The position numbers were made by a program, and so were the translations under genes. A stretch of 64,000 nt of DNA from Lepidodermella squamata (lineage: Eukaryota; Animalia; Gastrotricha). The notes beneath the pieces were generated by a model, which saw only the letters and a list, made by a program, of their open reading frames with translations, searched no databases and was not told where the DNA came from. The first letter of the stretch is position 1. Each line of letters begins with the position of its first letter. The stretch is taken from positions 5,084,001-5,148,000 of the forward strand of contig JBLDXI010000015.1 of the NCBI GenBank assembly GCA_047495785.1, read 5' to 3'. This document shows, piece after piece, positions 37,947 through 52,250 of this stretch.

Positions 37947-40395
37947 TCTGTTTTAAACGGCATCGAATGTAAAAAGCGAAGTTGCCAGTGGGTTCGAAAG
38001 TTGCATACTTAATGTTTCCATAATGTTCGCTGTACAGCACAAATGTGAATGCATTGTTTAATGCGCATTTTTAAGCTGACGTGTTGCTCTCAGGCTTTAG
38101 ATGGATCGATAGATTCTAGAAGACAGATTAATACCATTGCGAACTCAAATATAAACTTGTGACGTATACGTGACAGCGCCATTATCATTCTCAAACCAGC
38201 TTCACGAAGCAGTAAACAAAAGCGCGAATAAAGCGAATTCCCATGCCAAAATATGTAATCTGTGAAAACGATATCTTACTCATCATTTGTTCCTCCGGAA
38301 TCGCCTTTTTTCGAAACAAAAGGAGAAGTGGCCCGTTTGGCCGCGTCATCATCGTGATGCCCAACCGTACCACCGACGTTACCTTGCGAATTACGCAACT
38401 CCTCTACCACTGCATTGCGGCGTTTCACACCCGTCGTGCCCATCGTAGCTGTAGCTGTACCCCCATCATCGTCTATATGATGAAGGGGCCGTGTCGCGCT
38501 TATCATTACATCTTCGAGAATGGGTGCCCCTCGTGCGCCGCCAAACACTACATTTTGCGTGAATGAAAATGAGGATGAGAATAACGCGTTAAAATGAATT
38601 TGGAAAAACGAACGTCGCATGGTTTGATGAACGATATCGTCTGGTAACGTGGCCACTTCGCTTGGGTTTCCCATACGGCCCCCTGTGCCCTTGGTGGGCG
38701 ATAGAGTAGCGTTTCCAGCGCCGAGATGTTTGCCTCCTTTTCGCGCATCTTTCCCAGTATTCTGTGGCTGTGACATGCGTTGATTTTATGAATTTCAATC
38801 TATGCAATCTTATTGTTGAAAATTGCTAGTACTAATTTCCTTCATGTATTACTAAATATAAATGGGTGTGTAGAATTTATCTAGCGCCGTATTTCTCGCC
38901 TTAGGTATATTGTATTTTATTTTTCTTCTCACATCCTTCGATTTTTGGTAGTTGCTTGGAGACATAACTGCGCTGCTGGGTTTAAGGTGAATAAATGAAT
39001 AATTAAGAGGCGCGATGGACCTTCTTTCCGCTTTTCGCTCTGATCTCGCTGCAACTACGACAGAACAGCGCGCGCACGCCCAGCGCTGATCTTTTGTACA
39101 TCGCAAACAGCCGTCAAGGTCAAAGCAATACAACTCTTTTTATAATAATGTTTATATCCTGTTGAGCGGGTAAACAACATCACTTCAGATAGATTATTAC
39201 CAGCCGTGAACTGCTATGATTACAATTTATGGACTGGTTTCTAGTTGTAAATTACGCCATGCTATCCAATATATATATATATACAGCTACTGTTACTACA
39301 ACTGTCACATAAATCAGTCGCTTCCTTGAGAGCTCGCTAGTGCATCTCGAGTCAACTGCTATGATATAGTGAATATGCTCATAAACATACCGGTTAGCCA
39401 TTTACAGTCGTTGAGGTGAGTCGTCAAATAGACAGCAGCTGAGTATATATGTTCTGCCTCGTTGATATATTGCCCGCGCTAGAGCAACACGGGCAACGCC
39501 AACTCGCTTAGTTGGCAAGCAAATTAATAGCGATGAATTTGAGAAATGCGAAATTCTCAGAGGTAACTTGCTGCTATATCGAAAAATCGATAGCGCCAAA
39601 CTCAGCTGTTATTGTTCTCTTCGTCACTTCAAGGAAGCAACGCCCGACATTCGGACAAAGGCTGTTTGTCATGGGCTATTATGAACAGGCGAGTAATTAA
39701 AATTGAGGGTTGAATGACCCCTTTCAGCGTCGCGTAAAAATAAAAAATTCAGCCACAACCAGTTTATTTGCCATTAATACATCATAACAAGGTCTCAAAA
39801 ATTGTGTTTCCGGCAATTTCATGAACAATGTTTACCGAAAAAATTCAAGTCAGCAGTTTGCACAAGTGATTAAGATATTGCATACTTGACAATAGTCAAT
39901 AAGTAATGGAAGCAGTATATAGTTGCCCAAGAAGAAACCAGCGAGTCAGTCAAGTGTATAAATTGACCACCGAATGATATCATACGAAAATTAGCACAAC
40001 GCACCTGTGGAAGCTGCAATAAACTCAGCCGTTATACCATAAAGCTCGTCCATCACATTGAATAAAGTACAAGCGCAATGCGTAAAAAATTATGCGCACC
40101 AAACGTCACAGTAGCGAAGCAAACCATCACAGTATATAGAGAAGTAAAAAGATCTTGGATAAGCGAACCGAGAAAAATAGTAATAATAATAGAACATACA
40201 CCTGAGGGAGAAAATAACTCGAAAAAATGGGATCTTTGACGCTTGAATAAAATATTGGTCACTAGAGGAAGACTAACAGGAAATATTTCCGACTATTTTC
40301 GACGGGGACGTGAGATCACATATATGCTCCGTGTGTACTGTTTGGTTCAAGTTTTATTGCATCAACAAATTTTGACGGCGACCAGTTTGAAGGTG

Positions 40396-42322
40396 TCACT
40401 TCTTGAAATTGAGGGCTTTAACGGGTCTATCTACGCTCGTGGCCAAGGGCGCGTACTTGTGCTGACGATGTTTGCCTTTCAAACTACTAAGAAGGTAGTA
40501 ACGAGTAATTACAGTGCTCAAAAATGGGTTGCCTGGTCAGTGCCAAGCCCAACTTACTCCTCGTACACAATTTCTTCATCAGAATCATCGTTGTCCTCCG
40601 ACGCCAGTACAAGTGGCTTCGAGTCTTTGCGACCGACAGCCGTCTTGCTGACAGCCGGGCCGTATAAAATGGCGCTCAGAGCGGCGTGGGCATTGATCAG
40701 AACCGGAAAACCGAGACCGATGAATGGACTAGAATACAGGAACAGGATCGGGTCCAACAGCATGACTCGCCACTCGTAAACAGCGCTAGTCGCAAACACC
40801 ATACCACCCCACCTGCAGAGAGTCAAATATTTACGTTCATTGAAAAGAAAAAACAATGCTAAAAACAATAAGACATACAAAAATAGGAGGCCGAAACACA
40901 AACATGCAGCGTAAGAAAGTCGCACGTTCAAATATGACATGCGGCAAACTTCGATGCATGATCGCAAGAAGCTGTAGAGCAGAGCCAAGGTGTACAGGCC
41001 GAGAAATACTGGTATCGTGATCAAAATCGGCTTGAGCGTTTGAACAACCTTAATAGGATCTGATGAAAAAAATATTAAAAATAATGAAAAATGGAAAGTA
41101 AAGCAACAAACCTATTTCAGGCGATTTTGTGTAAATTAACATGGCCCAAGCGTATGCGGCTATGGACAGAAACCAAACAGGAAGAACAAGGGCGTACTTG
41201 AGGGCGTAAAAACGACAGCAGCCACGTGACGTCTCCCTAATACCATGCATAGTCGAGAGCCAGAAAATTCCGAGAATCGCGACGTAGAAAGAACGGAAAG
41301 CAAACGATACAATATCAGCAACGGGGTAGTGAATATTATCCGCGGTTGGTTTGAGCAGCAAGATGCCGAAAATTGGGTCGTTGTAGAAAATCAAAGCACA
41401 TAAGCAGATAGCTTGCCACATTTGCTCCAAATTCCACTCATCCGTGGACCATTTGCGCATGGAATGCATAAACCAACACACAAATACGAAGGCAAAGAAA
41501 ACCAGCGCGACGCGGAGCCATAGTTCAAAGCTCGTGAACTCCGGATTGAAAGTATGGAAAGTCAGCCGCATAAATTTGAACGCTGTTTTCGTTAGAACCG
41601 TAACGTCGACAGCAAAGGGGCCGTCTGGCAGTTGAACGAAACGAATGACATCGAAGGGATCGCAAGAGCCCTGGAATATCAGAAAAAAATCGATTTTATA
41701 TGTTTGAGAGCTAGAAATTTTCTTACATCACCGGAGCACGAAAGAACACGATCCGTGAAAAGTTGTCGCCCTGCATTTTCGCTGCTGTTCGTAGAAAGCG
41801 GTCTTAGCAGAAGCGAGATATTGATCGGCACACTCATCGCCGCATCTCTTGCATCTTGGAGCTCAACAAGGGCCTTGAACAACAATTGCCGATTGTAGCG
41901 ACCGAATTGTGGCGAATAAATTGTTTGCGTGTAGGCAAACTAAAAAGATCAGTTCTTAGTGCTGGATTATATAAACATTCATATCTCGTTACTTGATCGT
42001 CAATATTTGTTTTCGCAGAAGAATTAGCATCAGCTATCTTTGTCATGAATATTGGAGGTCCTGGACGATCGGGGATAAATAAGGACGTGATCAAATGCAA
42101 TTAAGATCAAATAGGCGGCCATACCTAAAAATCCGACGATTACCACGGTAATTCCTAGACAAAGACCAATGATGGATATCAGGCAGCAGCGCCCTTTTGA
42201 CAGCGAGTATAGATTCATGGGCACAGTGCTGTTAAAAAAAAAGATAAAGAGAAGTCCAATAACAAACAAATTCCCCATGCTTACCGCTCGATTTCAAACG
42301 TTCCAATATTGGTCACGGCCAT
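40396..42322 (-). CDS. TMEM181: Transmembrane protein 181 (Wntless-related)
   Basis: MNLYSLSKGR, FNPEFTSFELWLR, WNLEQMWQAICLCALIFYNDP, DNDDSDEEIVY; first exon MAVTNIGTFEIER and last exon ending NFKK* inferred from splice sites. Confidence 0.88.
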
Positions 42323-43009
42323 TTCTCTCACTAACAAAAAAATTCACTATTGACTATTGAGGAGCGAATAGCATTATTTATAAATAGAAGATAAATGCAC
42401 AAATAAGAGATGCGATATGCGAAAGAGGAATGATGAAATGCTGTTTGGTATAACACATTTACCGCCTTAAAATTACAGCGCGCGCACCAAACGTAATCGA
42501 GCGAAGTGATAACGATCACGCGCCTCCTATTGATTGATAAACATCTTTCCCAGACTTGTGAACGATTCGATAAGAAAAGAAAGAACGAGCCCGATAATGC
42601 GCGCAATAATTGTTTCAAATTATGCAATACGAATCCTTTGCTCGCAAACCAACCTAAAAATAGCTTCGCAAGCGATTAAATCCAAGTTCACAAAGATTAT
42701 AACTATTGAGAGTGTTATTAAAGAAGGGCAGCTCGCCACTAATTGTAATTTCATATGGCGCCCTGAAATCACATCTGTTTGATGAGACATTTTCCTATAC
42801 GAAGTTTTAACGAGAATTCAAACGATAGGAACATCGGGAGAATAAAAACCAAGTAAATCAGAGGACTTTCTAAAATTATATCGCGCAATATCCTAGATAT
42901 ATGGTGGAAAAACGAGCCGCTGATTTTAACGCTATTGATGGCGCTCTTAGCGGGTAACTTCTCAGAGATCAGATGAAAGCCATTCTATGATCATTCATCT
43001 CAGGTGGCT

Positions 43010-43170
43010 CTCTCGCTTCTCGTTCCTCTGAAGGCTTCACTGAAGGTTAGGAGCTAGGAGGCCACAGCGGCTATAGCCGCTTTCCACTGCTCACGGTCGC
43101 CCGTGACTTCCTTCTGGCGAGTCATATCAGCGAGGCAATTGAAACCAGATGGTAAATCGGCATTCGGATG
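43010..43170 (-). mobile_element. Possible 3' remnant of an RTE-type non-LTR retrotransposon
   Basis: Minus frame LADMTRQKEVTGDREQWKAAIAAVAS* resembles the DRxxW ORF terminus of RTE elements, followed by a short GA-rich tail. Confidence 0.35.
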
Positions 43171-44523
43171 ACTCCTGAGTCCTGCACCATTACTTCATTC
43201 AATGGGCAATAATTGAACTAGCTATTCTCTGGTTCCTGCGAAACAATGACAGCATTAAAATTGCTATCTGCTACATGCGAAAACAAGGCAGCTTGGAATA
43301 TGAACTATAAGTGCACATCATGTAAGGTGTCGAATAGCTGAAAGACACCTGTTAGATGCAAACATATAGCTTTGAATGCGGAAGCTGCGAGATTGTAATA
43401 TATAAGGAATTAAAAATACGTAGAACATGACTACGAAAAGAGCGGAGACAGCAAGTCTGACGCTAAAAGCACCTGTATAAAACCCAGCCCCAGAACTATA
43501 AGAACTAAGCATAAAAACGATAAAGCACCGAGTAACGCATCTGAAAACTGAAAATCGCATATTTAGCGCTGGGCAATTCCCAACTTTGAATCCCCATAAA
43601 GCGCTGAAAACTCGTGAAAATAGAATATACAAATTCCAGAATGATTGTACACATATTAAGATTCTATTTTCGGAAATTAATTTGTGACCTTGACTGCGCT
43701 TGTCCCATTTTATTATACCACTTGTGTGTGTTATTTGCGTTTTATTTATCGCTACATACCCTCCTGGTCTTCTAACTTATGCCAACTTCCAACTTGTGCT
43801 ATCTTTCTGCGAGTTTTCAGTTGCCGCATCGCATCCTTTGCACAACCCATTAAATGCGCAAAAAGGACTGGACCCTGCCTGCAATACTCGCGTCTTTTGC
43901 AAAAATTAACCATGTAAACCATTGTTGATCCCTGAACTTGTTGTTTGTCTTTACTTCAAGCATACTTCTTGGATTATGCATGAAGCAAAGAAGTAAAGAA
44001 GCTTGTAAATTTTTATACAGTTGTACCGCAGATTCATCATTCTCCGTGAAAATTGATAACGATTTTCGGTTTGATGCTTGTCTGATCAAGCACGTCTATA
44101 TTGTTTTATTCTGGTATGGTTACCCATCATCAATCTCTAAGGTCCATCCATGTCGTGTAAATTGCTATCATCAAGTATGGTGACTGGTTTCCGCTATCAG
44201 ACATGCGACTCGGATCGTAAATTTGAACTGTAACCTGTAACCTAGTTATAAATGTGGAAAGTTTGCCAGTGATTCATTCTTAATCATATTTCATAAGTGT
44301 CCAAACAGGTTGTAGATTTATCTTATTTCACCCATGATGGGTTAGTCATCATGTTTTATAACCTGAGTGTCTACTCAAGTTAGCAATTGGCGAATCTGAA
44401 TTTTTACCATTATAAATTACTTATTTACTTTCCCGTTTTGATGATAGGTGTTTTAGTTTTGTAGTGCCCTGATATGATATGGTCCTGTGTGCATTTTATT
44501 TGACACCAGACAGTAGCTGAACA

Positions 44524-47500
44524 ATGCTCATGTCTAATGGGAATGCAATGAAAACATTGCCTAGAAATTACGACATCGAATCATTCGAAGCTTCCTCGTT
44601 ACACTCTGGAGAAAATACACCCCTGTCAGACGAGTGCCCCTATGAGAGTCACACCGTTGTGCTCTCTCGTTCGCCAGGATTTGGTTTCGGATTCGCGCTG
44701 AGTGGCGGTGTCGATGAGCCTCCCATTGAAAATGGTGGTGATCGATCTGTGTATGTCAGCGATGTGTTAAGATCTGGGCCTGCTGACGGTCGGCTCCGTT
44801 TATTTGATCGGATCGTGTCGGTTAATGGCATACAGTTGGCAGGTGTGGATAATGCCACCGCTGTTGGAATACTGCGCGACGCTGGTAACTTGGCGACTAT
44901 TGTAGTACGACGTCGTCAAACTGCGTCAGGTGATACGCGAAGTTTCGCTTCTTATCCCACGGTAAAGACGGTGTCACTCAGCCGGAAAAGTAAAAATCAC
45001 GATTTCGGCTTGGTTCTTGGCGTTCGACTTTACATTAAGGGTATTATGCCAAACAGCCCTGCTGCTGTCACCAAGAACCCTGTAAAGTTGCAAGAAGGTG
45101 ATATTATCCTCAAACTAAATGATATTTCGACGGAGGACCTCACTCTTGGAGAGGCAAGGAAAGTATTGGAAAAGGCGAAAGAGAGAATAGATCTTACGGT
45201 TCTTCCAGTTATGGGCTTGAATGTGCCGAATTCGGGCGAAATTCTTTCTGGTGATAATACCAGCGTTAGCAACGACGGAATACAGTTTGACAACAATTCT
45301 ATAGCTTCATGGTCGCTGTCTTCGTTAAATGCTCGAACTAATCAAGCGAATGGTCATGGAAATGGCTCTGTTCCTAATGGAAATGGCTATAATGGAAATA
45401 CCTTGACAGGTTACAATCGCCCAGCCAACAACAACAATAACAATAATTTTAATAACCTGCTGGAAAAAGTTGGCTCGGAAAACGGTGTGTCTTCAGTCAA
45501 CAAGCAGCTGAATGATCTTAACATATCGCCTGGCAGCGATAACGCTAGAATGATTTCGTTTTGTAAAGATGGCAGTGTGGGCATTCGGTTGGTGGGCGGA
45601 AACCGTTCAGGCATTTACATTGCCGACGTTCAACCTGGCTCTGTTGCGGCTAGCGCTGGACTGTTGAGTGGCGACCACATTTTACAAGTTAACGATTTTG
45701 ATTACCGACAGCTGACTCGAGAAGAAGCGGTTATGCATCTTCTTCAAGCCGGAAAAACAATAACTATGATGGTGGAGCATTTGCCAAACAACATGAAAGC
45801 ATTGCTGGGTGACAGCTCAGCTGAAGGCCCAGGCGCTGCTGGCGGGGACTCGTTTTATGTCAGGGCAAATTTTGATTTTCCTGCGGGAACCTCAAATGAG
45901 CCAGGGCAACTGATGTTCCGGCATGGTGATATTCTTCATGTTACCGATACTTTATTCAACGGGACGATCGGTTGCTGGTTTGCTGCAAGGCTTTCGCAAA
46001 ATAATATGGAGGTTGACAGAGGTGTGATACCAAATCTAACCCGTGGTGAGCAGATGCGCTTGGTTCAGAAACGCCAAATGGCCAATTCTGCATCGAATGA
46101 ATCTCCACCTAGCCATGGCGGAGCATTCGGCACACTGGACCGGGCTAGCGCTAAACTTTTTGGACGATCGAAACCTCGGCGAGCGAAATCATTATCTCGT
46201 GATTACTGGGAGTCGGTTTCTAACGGTGGCAAGCCGACGGCGAACGGAAATGAAGAAGATCCAACTTCAGTCGGAGGTTTGGCAGATAAGCGGCCTGCTT
46301 ACGAACGCGTGCGGTTAGTTGAACCCGGCAGTGATTTCCGTCGGCCAGTGGTTGTTTACGGCCCTGTTGGTGATTTAGCGAGACATCGATTGACAACTGA
46401 GTTTCCGGCTGTTTTCGAATGTCCGGTCGGCGAGTCTCAACAGCCGACGGTCAATAGCAACGGTCAAACATCTTCGAACAAAGTAATACGGTTGCGTGCC
46501 ATTCGACAAGTCATGGAACGTGGTCGCCATGCTGTGCTCGACATTACACCGAACAGTGTCGATAAACTCACCGATGCCGGTTTTCATCCGATAGTTGTTT
46601 TTATCAAGTCAACAGTCGATCAGCGGCAGTTCATCAAGGATGCTCAACAGCGATCCGGCTGGCACTCGAACAAAACGACGAAAAAATTGTTGAGTGAAGC
46701 TGCTCGGCTCGAAGCAGCATTCGCGCATACATTTTCGGCTGTTGTAAATTTGACGGCGAGTGACCAGTGGTTTGTGCGACTGCGACAAGCCATTGAACTG
46801 TCGCAAAACACGGCGATATGGGTCCCGGAAATGGCACCTGCCGTCAGCGTCAGCAACAACAACGCCTTCATTATGCCCAACTGCAACAACAGCATGGCTG
46901 GAGAAGGCGAGTTCGACGATGACGGCGGTGATGCGGACGATGGCCAGAACGGCGTCGCCGGTAATGGGTGGAAGCAACAGCACCCGTTTGCAACGATTCG
47001 ACACATGCGGAATAATCACAGGCCAGCGACTTCACAGCCGAAAACGAATGGCCTGGTTCGAGAGAACCCGGCCACTGTTTCGTCCTCTGCGATCATGAGC
47101 TCGTTAGATACGCCTGGTTCCTACGCGACTCTGCCATCTCGTCGCGCTTTACCCCCGCCTCCTCCACCACCACCGACGAATACCGGCAATCATTCGAATA
47201 TGTCGCAAACTAACACTCCGTTCCAGTCAAAGCAACCGCAACAACAACCGAGAACACCCTCAGAGTACGCGAATTTCGCGACTTTGCGTTCACCTCCGTC
47301 CGTCGGAGCTGTGGCTGTGGCTCCTGTTGTTCCGATGGCGCAAATGGACTCAAGTCCGGAGATGCCAAGTGTTGAGATGAATATGATGACATCGACAGCG
47401 ACGACTGTTATCGAACACGGTGTGTCGTCTCAGTCGAACGTGCTCGTTCAAGAGCATTACAGGACTCTATCGATGCAAGCTGCTCAGCAACAACAACAGC

Positions 47501-48812
47501 AGCAGCAGCAGCAACAACAACAACAGCCAAGCTCGCCTCCCGGTAACGCGTCGCCGCCTGGTCAAGAAAACCGGGTCTATCCGTCGTTTTACGCTGATGA
47601 GCAGTTGAGTAGCGACCAGCGACAGACTATCAATACTTACGGTACTCTCAGCCGACCGCGGTCTGGCAAAGTTTCGCGATCCAGTTTAATGGCTCAGACC
47701 GATTTTCGATCGCCGATTGTCGAAGCTAAAGAAGGTGACATGAATGGTGGAGCCATAAACGATCCTAATTTTACCAATGACCTCGAGCGCCCTGCTCCTG
47801 TTATAAACAAACCAGCTCAAAACGGGAATTACGCTCCCCTCAATATCGCCCAAAATTGTAAGAAATTACTATAATATAAATTCTTCGTGCATGAATCTAA
47901 CTGTTTTAATTTTAGCGTCACCTTATGCGGAACATGTGCAACGGCAGATGCAGCCTGACCAGGTACAAAAGCAACAATTAAATTCGCCTGACCACTATGC
48001 AATGAGCAACCACCCCGAGGCGAACGTGCACTACCAAACACCGCCATCTCCAGCGACCGCGAACCGTTACGCCTCATTGCACTTGATGCCCCGGCCGTAC
48101 CGCAAGATCCCGAACCAATTCCAAATGCTGCATGGAGCACCCGGCGAGGCCGAGCAGCAAGAGCAGCAAGTTGCTCAACCTCAGCTTGCCACGCCCGAAA
48201 AGCCTGACAATAGACTATCTTCAACGTCGCTACGTCAACACAGTCAACAGCGCTCTATGTAAGTTTTTTTGTTTAACAGTTTTTTGTATTCACATTGTTT
48301 TTCGCTTGAACGATAGGTGGCAAAATGTCGAGCGAACACAATCAAAACCGCCACACCCGCCTCAACAACAGACCCCGCCCGCTGCTCAGCAAAGCCAGCA
48401 ACAGCCTGTTGGCCATCCCGCCGTCTCTACTGACCCGTTGGTTCTCGACACAATTCGCGCGTCCGTAGACTATGCCGGCGGAACTCTCGAGTCGAAAGCG
48501 ACTGGCGTTTCCCTCAACATCCCTCGTGGTGCGCTGCCACCGGTCGTGCGCCAGGAAGTCTACTTTCGCGTGTGCTCAGAGCCGGGCGCAATCGCTGCTC
48601 TTCAGCAACAGCCGAACGCGGCAAACTCTGAGCACGGCATCACGCCGGTGGTGATGTGTGGCCCACCGGGACTGGTCTTCCGGCGCCAGGTCGAGCTGCG
48701 TCTACCGCGGGCCGTGCGATTACGCTTGCCTGCGTCGGCGCAGCAGCCGCCGATCTGCTACGGCCCTGTTGACGTCGACCAAATCATGAGCGTTTTCATC
48801 GACCATTTTTGA
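44524..48812 (+). CDS. TJP1: Tight junction protein ZO-1 / Polychaetoid-like MAGUK
   Basis: Three PDZ domains (GFGFALSGG, DFGLVLG, SVGIRLVGGN), SH3 (DSFYVRANFD), GuK (RPVVVYGP), Pro/Gln-rich region, ZU5 and C-terminal VFIDHF. Confidence 0.93.
47485..47526 (+). repeat. CAG/CAA repeat encoding Q14 in ZO-1
   Basis: 14 consecutive CAG/CAA codons. Confidence 0.9.
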
Positions 48813-49755
48813 TCAATCAAAATAATCTAAACGAATTTTCTTCCTACTGCGAAATCTGCCTCAAATTAATTTTTTCCAGACTGTTCGCGACCTCTTCCGC
48901 AGCTAGCGTTGTTAACATGTACAAACAAACGTGTAAAAAAACTTTTGCTTTTTTGTTTTCCTTCTCGGTGTTGTTGTTGTGCTGTTGTCAGAGGTAAATA
49001 ACTATGAATCTAAAGTTGTCTCTATTTCGTTCATCTCGCTGGTTTTCGTAGTTGTTGTGTCTGTGTACATCTTCATACAAGCAGTAATCTCGTTACGCCT
49101 TGAATAATGCATGCGGTGCTTACCAGTGCAACGTTTTCTTTACCTTCTCCGCCTTTGTCTTCTTCGAATCAAATCAAACTGATTGCTCCTAACTAATGTT
49201 GCTCTCATCAGCGCATTGTGCTGCTTGTCACTGAGAATAGCTCACGTGTTTTTTTTACCGCTGCTAATCCTTTTTTACGTCTTCGACTTTTTGACTGATG
49301 AAAAGACGGCTAACTTTATAGATTGGTTTCGGTTGTTCATCGGCGTATTTTCCCGCGTCGCGATCCTTTGCTCACTTTTCTTATCAGAATCATCAACATA
49401 ATCATCGCCATAATTGAGAAAGCGAAAATTAAAATGATATTATATCGCCATGTTATTATTAAACGACACCATTGTATTGCCGACCCGTTATCCATCACAA
49501 TTGACCTCTTATCCATCGATTGGTGATGCAAATTTTGAGCTCTACTTCAATGAAAGCATATTCTAGTAGATAGTAGATCTAAATTAACAATAAAGTGAGT
49601 GCTGTCCGTTTCCTAATTTTTGATGTTTGTTTTTTATTTGTTTTAGATTTTATTTTATATTAAAGAGATCGCAACAATTCTCGGATTTTTACCCATTTGC
49701 ACCTGCCTACAGACCTTTCATTTGCGGGCATGTTTTTCAAGAGATAGCTGCTGAA

Positions 49756-51401
49756 ATGCCGAGAATCGTGGCAGTAACAAGAAGTAACGGATCGCCCGGT
49801 GCGAGCAATAAAGGATTGGCTGCTGCGGTGCTGAAACAGCAAGCTGCCAAGAATCATGCTTCGAACGAACCAAAAATATATCTACAGAGCCTTAATTCAT
49901 TGCTCACTTGCCCACTTTGTACTGGCTATCTTATTAACGCCCATACTCTGACCGAATGCAGCCATACTTGTAAGTCTTTCGATATTGGCCTATTCGGCAT
50001 TATTTTTATTTTACGCTGTTGCAGTTTGCAAGTCATGCCTCTTCGCATATTGCCGAAAAATGCTGAAAGACCAACCGCTGGCGTGTCCAATTTGCCAGAC
50101 CACTCAAAATCTATTTGTGACGAAAAAGTGGGATGGATGCAAGCCAGACCATGTTCTGCAAAGCTTGGTCTATAAATTGGTGCCTGGTTTGTTGCAGAGA
50201 GAAATGCAACGAAGACGTGATTTCATCGAAAAACAGCGCCAGTCGCTTGGAGCGAGTGAAAACGGCGGTCCTCAGAACTGCGCGTCGAAGAGCATTTCAA
50301 TTTCATTGGAATTCGCTGACAGGTACCTCGCAGCTGCCTGCCGCTCAGAATCTCCCATAACGCCTAATGTATATTCATCTTAATTTAAAGCAGGAGCGTT
50401 TTTGATTTTGTTCTATTTTTCCCACAGACTTCCATTTTGAACGAATCAGTTGCATCTGGGGTCGATCCGATGGCAGCGGCATCGGCTCGGTTTGGTCGAA
50501 TCTTCCTACGATGTCCACCTCAAATGACCATATTTCAGCTCAAGAAGTTTATTACCGTGCGATTTTCACTCAGCCTTACTAGTGATGTAAGCTATAATAT
50601 ACTTGAATCAGTGTTATTAATTATGACTTCTGATTCCTTTTTTAGATAAACGTGATGGCTTCGGCTGAGGAGGAGTATATGCAAGACAGTCTTTCACTCG
50701 GCGACGTTGCGTTTTTAATGAATTACTGCGAAGAAGTAAGTGTATGAAGAGATAAATTTATAAATTTATTCGATCAATATTTATGATAGCCACTGCTATT
50801 TTGCATGTTTCGATTTTCGGAATTCAGCCGAGATTGTTTCAGGATTAAGTAACTAATGCCCTGTACTTTGTTTCAGCGTGCTCCTCTTCGCTTGTTTTTT
50901 TCAATAACGGAATATTTGGTGCAGCCCAGGCGCAAAACTCGAAACTCTTCCGGCGGACGCCAGTCACCTCTTGCTCAAGCAGGCAGCAGCAGTTCTCCGG
51001 CTAGACGCCGGCCTCGACTTGTTGTTGTCGAAAAAGAGGCAAGCTCGGAAAGCACCGACGACGCAGAGGAAGAGGACGAAAATGGATCTGCGCCCAGCTC
51101 TGAGATGGACGACGAAGGCTCCGTGGAGGGCGCACGCGATCGCTCGGCTGCCGAATTGACGGAAACTCCAGATAAAGCCGCCAACAACAAACCCTCGCCC
51201 AGTTCATCATCGAGTGCTTCCTCGGCGCTGCTCGCCTCCTTCCAAACCAGTTGCCCTGACCCTGACCGGCCAAAATTGGTGTTACGGCGCGTTTCGACCC
51301 CTCTCGACCCGCCGCCAATGAGTCAGCCAGCGGTCGACGACCGGCCCGCCTCGCCTGTCGCCGATGCGCCACCTGAGGCTTCCGAGGCGGTGAATACTTG
51401 A
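49756..51401 (+). CDS. Polycomb group RING finger protein (PCGF/BMI1/Psc-like)
   Basis: [54 protein letters not shown], RAWUL-like FLRCPPQMTIFQLKKFI and PLRLFFSI. Confidence 0.9.
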
Positions 51402-52250
51402 TCATATAATATTGTATTGTAACACATCAAAACGTGAATAATGCAAGTAACATTCTCATCTCGATTTTATAAATCATTAAATGCGCCTTGGACTGCAAGA
51501 AAATTGATTGTACCATTGGATGTCTAGAAATGAATATATAAAAATATATCCGTAAAAATTAATATATGCGCCATGCGATTATTCACGTCCATATTTTGGT
51601 TATAGTAGTCTTGTTGTTTTTGGAAGGCCTTTCTGGTTCTTGCTAAAATTCTGTCGATCGCGCTTCAAGTGCGTGGCTTTGTCTAATGATATTTCCTTGT
51701 TTTGACTCGGGTCGAAATTCTGTTCGAAATTATTACATATGGGCTTATTATTACAATTATTCCATGTTGTGTTGCCGTCATTCGTTTCGAAATACATCGT
51801 ATATATACGCATCCGAGTTTTGAGCGTAATTGCTTTATTATCATTATTATCATGTTCATCAAATTGGTTTTGGGTCAGTAGCGACACGGCGTTTTCGAAG
51901 TTTCCCGCTGTTGACAAGGCCATCTGCCTTGTGTAGTATGTATTAAGAGGCCGCGAGTTCCTTCATCATCATCATCTCAGGAGAGAGCGAAAAAATAATG
52001 CTATTGCTATTATTACTATTGCAACTATTGTTGTTATATCAAAACAAAGGAGCGCTCAATCCGAATAACAAGAAATCGGACAGCATTTGTAGCAACATAA
52101 TATCATGATGATTAGAGCACACACAGACAATGTGGACGTAAATAAAACTGCGAGACCTGATAAAACAATCGGGCTATTGATACACCGGCAATTGACGACG
52201 AGAGACAGACGTATAGAAGAAGTGCGCACAAATCGGCATCACGTCTCACT

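Noticed and set aside
38191-38807. Overlapping ORFs of 60-166 aa on both strands
   Set aside because: No recognisable domain or coherent gene model; could be an orphan exon but is not supportable.
43318-44183. Hydrophobic short ORFs upstream of ZO-1
   Set aside because: Explained by T-rich composition; no family motifs.
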